From contig JBBRLY010000013.1 in NCBI GenBank assembly GCA_038231155.1, positions 196,305 to 260,304 on the forward strand: a DNA stretch of 64,000 nt. The letters are read 5' to 3'. The notes beneath the pieces were generated by a model. It was not told the origin of the DNA, made no database searches, and saw nothing but the letters and a program-made list of their open reading frames with translations. Position numbers and translations under genes: made by a program. Shown in pieces: positions 20,300 through 28,400 of this stretch. The DNA comes from Candidatus Saccharimonadales bacterium. GTDB taxonomy: Bacteria; Patescibacteriota; Saccharimonadia; Saccharimonadales; JANWIN01. How positions within the stretch are numbered: the stretch's first letter is position 1; every line of letters begins with the position of its first letter.

Positions 20300-20951
20300 A
20301 TTCAAGAGTAGTAAATACTACCAGACGATTTGAAAAAATATGTCGGCTGCTATCCCATTTACCATCGCAAGTAATAAGATTAAGGTATTTTCCGTCGTCT
20401 TTATTGAATACTTCAAGTGGTTTATCATTGGGACCATAGTTATGGCTTGATTGCACAATAAACGTTAGTGAGGTTAACTTATCTATTTCAATAATTATTT
20501 TGTCACCTTTTTTAAGCAAATCTATTTTATTAAATGCGGCTTGAGAATGGTCTATGGTGCTGACGTGTCCTGCTAATACAGCGCTGCCTTTTTGTCCTGG
20601 GAAGGTTCCCAACTTATACCAACCGACGCTAGCAGCCACATTAGGTACAGCCATCGCTCCAGTTTTTGTCAAACCTTCTCTAACTATTGGCGCATTTACA
20701 TTAATGCTTGGAATTACCAAAAGCGGATAATTCGTCTTTTTAAAATTCGTTATAACTACACTTTGAATTGACTTGCCAGTTTGATTTACATGCCTTTGAT
20801 AACCATTAGCTATGGAAGTCGGCCTTAAAATAAATAATGCAGTAATGACTGATGGAATTATGAATAAAGTAGTAATAGCGTGCCGAGATCGACTGGCACC
20901 TTTTAAAATTGTATATTTTCTTATCTTTTGTTTTTTTAAGATGTAAACCAT
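20298..20951 (-). CDS. sortase (transpeptidase)
   Basis: TM anchor, LVIPSINVNAPIV, His in LAGHVS, catalytic Cys in LNLITCDG and a downstream Arg. I moved the start to MVYILKK (20951), giving a 16-nt overlap with the upstream LPNTG gene. Confidence 0.85.
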   Translation of the reverse strand: MVYILKKQKIRKYTILKGASRSRHAITTLFIIPSVITALFILRPTSIANGYQRHVNQTGKSIQSVVITNFKKTNYPLLVIPSINVNAPIVREGLTKTGAMAVPNVAASVGWYKLGTFPGQKGSAVLAGHVSTIDHSQAAFNKIDLLKKGDKIIIEIDKLTSLTFIVQSSHNYGPNDKPLEVFNKDDGKYLNLITCDGKWDSSRHIFSNRLVVFTTLE

Positions 20952-22390
20952 TTGTATTTTTTTACAACTGCGTAAGCCAGAACCCCACTGGATATTAAAA
21001 TTGTTGAAGTTATTAACCACCATTTGTTTTGTTTTCCGATACCGACTCCAGTATTTGGAAGCGTTGGGACTGAACTAAAAGTACATGACAAATTTCCAGC
21101 AGGTACTAAGCCAGTGTCACGGTCAAAACTCCACAATACTCCAGCATCACCCAAACCGAACATGCATATTCCATTTGCGGCATAACCATAATCACGAGTA
21201 TTGCCTCCGTTTACAGGTATGCCGCCGTCAGATCCGTCCCATTTTTTAATACCCCCTGAACCAAAACCGGTACAGCGAGCTTGAATGCTAAAGTCATAGC
21301 ATGCAGCCATCCCTTGGCTGGCTGTGGCTCCCTGGAAATTAATCACTGAGAAAAGCGCAAAGTAGGACTTATTGCCAATAGGTAACTCTTCGGCTACGGT
21401 TACTGGTTGCGCAGCACCGATGTTTGAAAATAATCCAGGCGGGGGACTGACAGTCAATTGACTGTTAAGGTCCCAACATTGAACTGGATTTACATCCAAC
21501 TGGGCAGTACAAATGGAGGTAGATTGACCACTAGTATTTGGAAATTCAAAAAGCGTAAGCGAATACGATTGTGCAAAACTACCTGGTAACACCTCTAAAC
21601 TGCTCCAGCCAGCACAGCGATCATTAGTATTAGTGTCAAAACAAGATATACGGGCATCAGCCTTGGGATTATTAAAATTATAATTAACTAGAAAATAAAT
21701 TTTAGTACCTATAACTTGTCTTGAGGCCCGCCCCCAAGCTGAAGTTGGCATTTGAGCCGTGATGCCAGTATTTACAGCATAAGGTTGTCCAGCACAGGCC
21801 ACTGGAGTAGACGGAAGGGTAATGTCCAAACAGTAGAAATTAATATCATCGCCGATTCCAAAAAGTCGATTACCAACTCGTTCAATGCCTTCCATATGTT
21901 CTGGGTCAAAGCCGCCGGTATTTGTTAAACTACCTAGAGCAAAATAGCCGCAGTTAGTTCCGTTATCTAAGTCAAAACAACCCATGCCGTTATCACCGCT
22001 ACGAAGCGCAGGGTAAAAAAGCTGGCTTCCTTGGATTACAGCTTGTGGCATGTTAGGTGTAAGAATATCAGCTATACCTGCCGTCCCCGTATCTAGACGA
22101 CCACTTGAACCAAGGGTTGAGCTGAAATACCTAGGATAATTTGGACAAATCGCCTGAGTCACTGTGTCAATACAATTAATATCATAATTAGGGTTGTTCG
22201 GATTTCCAGAGGGCACCCGGTGATGGAAGATGTTAAACACCTTTGTTTTATAAATAATCGGTATGAACCCGTCACCACCAGTTATGGTCACAGAAGCTTT
22301 TGCAGAAGCTGGGATCAATACATAACATAGCGATGCTAAAAATGCAGCTATAAACACACTAAGCTTTTTTTTGTAAAATTTTTCTTTCAT
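20936..22390 (-). CDS. LPNTG-anchored, Cys-paired beta-propeller-like surface protein (sortase substrate)
   Basis: 484 aa with a signal peptide. The C-terminal sorting signal is LPNTG (encoded at 21047-21061), a hydrophobic helix and a KKYKWFTS tail. It has repeated C(F/Y/W)D....C.G(F/W) blades. Confidence 0.8.
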   Translation of the reverse strand: MKEKFYKKKLSVFIAAFLASLCYVLIPASAKASVTITGGDGFIPIIYKTKVFNIFHHRVPSGNPNNPNYDINCIDTVTQAICPNYPRYFSSTLGSSGRLDTGTAGIADILTPNMPQAVIQGSQLFYPALRSGDNGMGCFDLDNGTNCGYFALGSLTNTGGFDPEHMEGIERVGNRLFGIGDDINFYCLDITLPSTPVACAGQPYAVNTGITAQMPTSAWGRASRQVIGTKIYFLVNYNFNNPKADARISCFDTNTNDRCAGWSSLEVLPGSFAQSYSLTLFEFPNTSGQSTSICTAQLDVNPVQCWDLNSQLTVSPPPGLFSNIGAAQPVTVAEELPIGNKSYFALFSVINFQGATASQGMAACYDFSIQARCTGFGSGGIKKWDGSDGGIPVNGGNTRDYGYAANGICMFGLGDAGVLWSFDRDTGLVPAGNLSCTFSSVPTLPNTGVGIGKQNKWWLITSTILISSGVLAYAVVKKYKWFTS

Positions 22391-22503
22391 GAATGCAGGT
22401 ACAACCTCGCCCTATTTATCCGTATATTACCACTCATTTAAGCATAAGTAAATAGCGCTACAATCATGTCATTATGTTAAAATATATATAGGTAACAAGA
22501 ATT

Positions 22504-22926
22504 ATGCATAGACAACAAATTGTTAGTTTAATAATAGTTGGTATAGTTGCGATTGGTGGTATTGCTTTTGCTAAAGTAAGTCTAGTTCATCATGTCAATG
22601 ACTCATTGCAAAGTACCAAGACTTCTTCTAACGACCCAAAACAGTCGCAACCTAGAGTTAAAGCTGCAACAATAGGACCAAGTAAAGTAAATGATCAATC
22701 CGGTAACTGTAATAAAAATATTTCCGAGACTAATAATACCAGTGGTACTAATGTAAGTAATTCTAAAACTACAGTTGTTCAGTGTAAAAGCGTTAGCCAA
22801 AACGGTACTACCTCGGTCAATATAACTAACGATAACAACCAGTCAGCTCATACTGGGTCTAGTGATGGCCAAACAGGTACGGCAACAAACACAGACACTA
22901 CAAACATAAACGTTGGCAATAATTAA
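22504..22926 (+). CDS. secreted Asn/Thr-rich protein with one copy of the Q-S-A..G...N repeat
   Basis: 140 aa with an N-terminal TM/signal. The C-terminal NNQSAHTGSSDGQTGTATNTDTTNINVGNN resembles the repeat ends of the 19315-20241 protein. Confidence 0.55.
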   Translation: MHRQQIVSLIIVGIVAIGGIAFAKVSLVHHVNDSLQSTKTSSNDPKQSQPRVKAATIGPSKVNDQSGNCNKNISETNNTSGTNVSNSKTTVVQCKSVSQNGTTSVNITNDNNQSAHTGSSDGQTGTATNTDTTNINVGNN

Positions 22927-23049
22927 ATCCATCGACGTTAAAAAATCTAACGGTATCATCTAAATTGTTTAATTCATAATTAGCATAGTTTAGAGATGTT
23001 TAAGTATTATCAATAGCTATAAATTGGATAAATTAATCGGGCTCTAAAA

Positions 23050-23766
23050 CTATTGTCCTGGAGTCACAATTTGAGCCGGTGGTGGTAAGTTTTGATCCTT
23101 TTTGCGTCGGCGTTTAAAGAATAGCAATATAAATATCAGTAAGCCAACAATTATTAAAATAAGCGAAATAATTAACAGCCAATGATTATGATGTGGGGTA
23201 GCGGCTAGAGCTGTCGGTGCCGCTTTGGGGATAGTTTTAGGTTCAGATGATAAAGCTTTAAAGTTTAACGATACTTGGTCTTGAGTTAGGCTATCTAAAC
23301 GGATTTGGATATCATTTTTACCATCACCATTGGCATCAAACGCCATTGTAGAATTTAGGTATAAAGTATAGTCCTTGGCATTTGGCGAAAACGTCAGGAC
23401 CACAAAATTCGCGCCAATTTGTTTTACTGTAATGCTGAATCTTTGAGTAACACCATTAATTGTCAGTTCGTAATATACAATTTGACCAACTTTTAGAGTT
23501 AAGGTGACACCCTGGTCAGTAAAAAATTGAGAGTAATCATTTAGTAAAACTATCGAAGCTGGTTGGGCGGTCAGTGGAGCTGATGGGGAAGTGCCTGTAC
23601 TACTTGATGAACAGCCCTGCGAGTATTTGCAGGCACCATAGTTACCACTACCATAAGTCGATGCTAGTGCCCGTGCCGGAAGAACAATTAAGAATACCGA
23701 AAATGCATATATAAAAACATTTTTGATATTTTTATTAATGTTATGGCGTGATTTATTAAAAAGCAT
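23050..23766 (-). CDS. secreted protein with a C-terminal TM anchor
   Basis: 238 aa with a signal peptide (ARALAS), a beta-rich middle, a TM helix, a KRRRKKD stop-transfer segment and a Pro-rich tail. Confidence 0.6.
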   Translation of the reverse strand: MLFNKSRHNINKNIKNVFIYAFSVFLIVLPARALASTYGSGNYGACKYSQGCSSSSTGTSPSAPLTAQPASIVLLNDYSQFFTDQGVTLTLKVGQIVYYELTINGVTQRFSITVKQIGANFVVLTFSPNAKDYTLYLNSTMAFDANGDGKNDIQIRLDSLTQDQVSLNFKALSSEPKTIPKAAPTALAATPHHNHWLLIISLILIIVGLLIFILLFFKRRRKKDQNLPPPAQIVTPGQ

Positions 23767-23822
23767 TTACATTGTGCATTTTACCATTTATACTGAGATT
23801 TGAATTAAAAAAGGTAGAGGGT

Positions 23823-23996
23823 ATGTTTGGTAAAACAGAAGACTTAGTAATTGTTCTCCTAATCATCTTGCTGCTTTTTGGCGCTAAGAAGATTCCAGAT
23901 TTGGCTCGAAGCATTGGTCAATCTGCCAGGGAAGTCCGTAAAGGCTTTAATGGCGATGACGAAGTAAAGAGTGACACCGACAAGAAAAAAAGCTAG
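23823..23996 (+). CDS. tatA: twin-arginine translocase TatA/E
   Basis: MFGKTEDLVIVLLIILLLFGAKKIPDLARSIGQSAREVRKGF shows the canonical TatA TM helix, hinge and amphipathic helix. I moved the start to the ATG at 23823. Confidence 0.85.
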   Translation: MFGKTEDLVIVLLIILLLFGAKKIPDLARSIGQSAREVRKGFNGDDEVKSDTDKKKS

Positions 23997-24036
23997 CTTA
24001 AGTGGTTAATATTTAAGAAAACATTAGGAGTGGGAA

Positions 24037-25011
24037 GTGGTAAACTCACAAACATTCCACGACCACGTTAAAGAGCTTCGGCGAAGAACCTTGTGGGTCG
24101 TTGTAGCAATTGGCATAAGCGCTGGCATTTCTTATGCTCTGCGGGTTAGGATTATTAGTGTTTTGCAACGTCCGCTGGGGGCACCATTATTTTATACATC
24201 ACCAGCTGGCAGTTTTAATTTTGTTATAAAGTTGTCGATGATAATCGGCATGTTCATTACCTTGCCAATAATTATTTATCAGTTACTACGCTTTATTGAG
24301 CCAGCCTTGCCAAAGCGAATCAATAAAAGTTTTATGATGAAAGTGATTGGGGCTTCTTTCCTATTAGCACTTGCCGGAATTGCATTTGGCTATTTTTATA
24401 TGATCCCACTGTCACTAAAATTCTTTGCAGGTTACTCTACAAAAGTTATCAAACCACTTATTTCAGCTAATGAATACTTATCATATGTGAGCAATAATCT
24501 GATTATATTTGCACTAGTTTTTCAAATACCATTAATTATTTTATTTATCAACTGGATCAAACCGATTAAGCCCAGTCAGCTTCTTAAATATCAACGGCAC
24601 GTGGTTGTGGGGGCATTTGGCCTAGCGATCGTTTTACCGTTTACTTATGACCCATTATCACAGTTTATTGTAGCTATTCCAATTGTCGTGCTTTACTACA
24701 TTTCAGTTGTATTATTGCTAGTAGCAAACCGAGGTCATAAAAAATTCGCTGAAACATTGATGCCAGAACCTCTTGCGCCAGCTCAACTCGTCTTTGCCGC
24801 CAAACCACTGGTTTCAATGGCAGTTCCACAACCGACTCCGCTTCGACCTCGACTCTCTAGTATAGATGGATTTATTAGACCAACATCATCTCCGGTCATG
24901 AAACCAGTAACTCCTGTAGTAGTAAGTGAGGCAAAAGTAATACCAACTATAAAACGACGGCAATTAAACGTCGATGGAATAATTCGTCCACTGCCTTATA
25001 GCCCGGCTTAA
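24037..25011 (+). CDS. tatC: twin-arginine translocase TatC with a Pro-rich C-terminal extension
   Basis: 324 aa with FHDHVKELRRR at the N-terminus and six TM helices. GTG start 6 nt after AGGAG. Confidence 0.88.
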   Translation: MVNSQTFHDHVKELRRRTLWVVVAIGISAGISYALRVRIISVLQRPLGAPLFYTSPAGSFNFVIKLSMIIGMFITLPIIIYQLLRFIEPALPKRINKSFMMKVIGASFLLALAGIAFGYFYMIPLSLKFFAGYSTKVIKPLISANEYLSYVSNNLIIFALVFQIPLIILFINWIKPIKPSQLLKYQRHVVVGAFGLAIVLPFTYDPLSQFIVAIPIVVLYYISVVLLLVANRGHKKFAETLMPEPLAPAQLVFAAKPLVSMAVPQPTPLRPRLSSIDGFIRPTSSPVMKPVTPVVVSEAKVIPTIKRRQLNVDGIIRPLPYSPA

Positions 25012-25029
25012 ATCAAACCATAATCGCTG

Positions 25030-25059
25030 TTGACAGACCAAGTTGTTTTCGCTTATGAT
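25030..25059 (+). promoter_or_regulatory. candidate sigma70-type promoter
   Basis: TTGACA (25030-25035), an 18-nt spacer and TATGAT (25054-25059), upstream of the 67-aa gene. Confidence 0.35.
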
Positions 25060-25096
25060 ATGGTTAACATAAGTTAGACACTAATCGAATAAAAAC

Positions 25097-25300
25097 ATGG
25101 CAAATAACAAAAATCTGCAAAAGCTGTTTGATAAGGAGATGAACCGCAAAGAATTCCTGGCTCATTTAGGAGCTGCAGGCCTGACTATTGTTGGTGTTAG
25201 CGGCTTATTAAAGAGTTTGTTGAATTATAGTAGCAAACCCCGCCAACACGTATCAGATGGCTATGGCTCATCTTCTTATGGTGGCGGACGTAAACGCTAA
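25097..25300 (+). CDS. small protein with a Tat-signal-like N-terminus (RK variant)
   Basis: 67 aa. MNRKEFLAHLGAAGLTIVGVSGLL resembles S/T-R-R-x-F-L-K plus an h-region. Only about 30 residues follow, and they are Gly/Ser/Tyr-rich. Confidence 0.5.
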   Translation: MANNKNLQKLFDKEMNRKEFLAHLGAAGLTIVGVSGLLKSLLNYSSKPRQHVSDGYGSSSYGGGRKR

Positions 25301-25431
25301 AGCAGTACGTTTTAATGCCATAAAAGAGACTTCAGATTTGAGGTTTTCCAAAGCACAACCATTTACATTGGTAACAGAGTAATTTATACTCAAACTAAAC
25401 TATAAAACCAGAGGAAATATAAGCAGCACTT

Positions 25432-28400
25432 ATGGCCCGATTACCACAGCCAGGGGGTGACGACGGAGATTGGGGGATTATACTCAATGATTTCTTAGAT
25501 GTTGCTCATAATCCCGATGGCAGTCTTAAAAATGTTGTTAGTTTAAACACCAGCCAATCTATTAGCGGCGCGAAGACGTTTTCAGTCTCGCCGACTGTAC
25601 CAACACCTGTACTAAGTGGAGATGCTACAACTAAAGCTTACGTGGACAGCACTGCCGGAGCTGGGACGACTGGGGCAACAGGCCCTGCTGGAGCAGCTGG
25701 TGCTACTGGTGCTGGTGTAACTGGTGCTACTGGCCCTATTGGTACAGTTGGAGCAACGGGATCACAAGGCACAACTGGCGCAACCGGATCAGGAGGTAGC
25801 CAAGGAGCAACCGGAGCTACTGGACCGACCGGAAGTACTGGAACGCAAGGTTCTACAGGAGCAACCGGAGCAGGCGTAACTGGAGCTACTGGACCTGCTG
25901 GAACTGTTGGAGCAACAGGTTCACAAGGCACAACTGGCGCAACCGGATCTACCGGCACGCAAGGTACCACTGGTGCGACGGGACCGACTGGGACAACAGG
26001 TACGACAGGCGCCACCGGGACAACAGGTGTACAAGGAGCTACTGGATCAACAGGAAATCAGGGCACTACCGGAGCGACGGGTCCGACTGGGACTACTGGA
26101 ACTACAGGAGCAACCGGTAGTCAAGGTAATGCCGGTGCTACCGGAGCAGTTGGGGCCAGTGGCGCTACTGGGCCTAGAGGTTTTGCTGGTGGTGATACTT
26201 TTACTTATACCTTCGATACAGGCACAACTGATGCAGACCCGGGTTCGGGCAAACTAAGATTTGATAACGCTACTGTTTCCTCGGTCACGCATATTTATGT
26301 AGACGTATTAGATAGTAATGGGACTGATGTTACAACTTGGCTCAACAATATGGGTGGTGGTGTTGTTAAGTTATTTAATAACTCAGACCCCACCAAGTTT
26401 GCTATTTTTACTGTTGGTTCAGTTACCAGCGTCGCTGGATATGATAAGTTAAATGTAACTTATACCACAAATGCTGGGACGCTTGGCACTACGGCCGCAG
26501 ATCTAGTATTAACTTTTGCTCCGCCTGGACCGACCGGTCCGCCAGGCAACGCAAGTACTCAGGGAGCTACCGGAGCTACAGGACCGATTGGTGCTGATGG
26601 AGCAACCGGTGCTGGAACCACAGGAGCCACCGGCTCAGCCGGGGCTTCAGGTTCGGCTGGTGCAACTGGTGCAACCGGAAGCAGTGGTCTCGGTTTTGGT
26701 AACGTAGTTACTAAAACAACTAACTACACAATTGTTTCAGGAGACAATGGCACAGAAATAACATTTAATGGATCTAATTTAACGGCTAAGCTACCAGCCA
26801 CAGCCCCAGCTCAGCCCTGGATGGTAACTGTTATTAATTTAAATGCCAGTAGCTTAACCTTAGATCCTAACGGCCTCACCTTAAATGGTTCAGTAAGTAC
26901 TAGCTCAATAGCTCAAAACCAAAGCGTTTTTGTTTGGTCAGACGGTACTAACTACAATTATGGTACCGGCCCCCAAGGTGCCACCGGACCTACTGGGACA
27001 ACCGGGGGACTAGGTAATACGGGGGCTACAGGTAGTGCTGGTAGTCAAGGAGCTACTGGTTCTGTAGGAGCTACAGGTTCTAGTGGTGGACAAGGGGCTA
27101 CAGGGTCAACTGGTACAACCGGAGTAACCGGTGCGACTGGACCTGCAGGTCAGTTTGGTTTAGCGAGAACTGGTGTTAAAACAGCTAACTATAGTGCTAG
27201 TGTAGGAGACTTAGTTCCTTGTGATACTAATACAACTGGTGCCTTTACGGTAACGCTACCTGATGCCCCAGCAGATAAATCTACTATTGGCATAAAGCTT
27301 ATTATTCAAGGTGCGACTAATACTGTTACTGTAGTCACTCATGCTGATGCTGGAGCTAGTGGTGGAGCAACTGGTTCTGATGTATTTAATAAAGCTGGCG
27401 GTGCAACCAGCTTAACACTTAGTCTACTTAATCAAGGAGTTATCTTAGAATACACGGCTGCATCAGCCATTTGGACAGTGCTAGCCGATGATTTGGCTTT
27501 ATCTCAACTGGATGCACGTTTTATTGCCAGTGGAGGAGCAGCCGGCGGTGACTTAACTGGCACTTATCCAAATCCGACGGTCAGTTCGACAGCTAACTTT
27601 AAGACTCAGGTTGAAACTGTACGTCTTGATCAAATGGCAGTTCCTACAGCTTCAGTTAGTCTTAATTCTCAGAAGATAACTAACCTAGCTAATGGTACTG
27701 CTGCCAGTGATGCTGCAGCCTTTGGGCAAATACCAACTGGGTTACCGCCTACAGGAACAGCCGGTGGTGACTTAACGGGTACTTATCCGAACCCAACTAT
27801 CAAGTCTGGTGTCAGTCTAACTACTCCAAATATTAATGTCGCTACTGCAACTTCTATAAACAAAGTTGCAATTACCGCTCCAGCTACTTCATCAACTTTG
27901 ACTATAGCTGATGGTAAAACACTTACAGTTAACAACTCATTAACATTTGCCGGAACCGATGGTACTACCATGACGTTCCCAAGTACATCGGCCACAATCG
28001 CCCGTACTGATGCTGCAAATACTTTCACCGGTGTCCAGACGATGACCTCGCCAGCTCTGACAACTCCAGCTATAAATGGTATTTCAACCGGAACAGGTGT
28101 AGCTACAGCCGCAACTGCTAGTACATTATTGCTACGAGATACCAATGCCAATGCCACGGCTAATAATTTTATTGAATCATATGCAACTACTACCACAGCT
28201 GCTGGTACTACCACTCTGACCGTAGGTAGTGCTATGCAACAGTACTTTACAGGCAGCGCAACCCAAACTGTTACTTTACCGGTTGCCAGTACCATGGTTC
28301 TTGGCCAAGGCTTTGCATTTACTAACAATAGTACTGGCGCAGTTACTATTAATTCATCTGGTGACAGCGCGGTTCAAGTTATGGCAGCATCATCATCTGC

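Noticed and set aside
25638-26015. Long antisense and alternative-frame ORFs with PVAPV or Q/L/E-rich repeats across the collagen-like tracts. These include 25907-26257, 31495-31898, 31586-31879, 32326-32694 and 32372-32653.
   Set aside because: They mirror the (GGN-NNN-ACN)n periodicity of the sense-strand G-X-T repeats. They have no independent start or RBS context and lie entirely inside the well-supported fibre genes.
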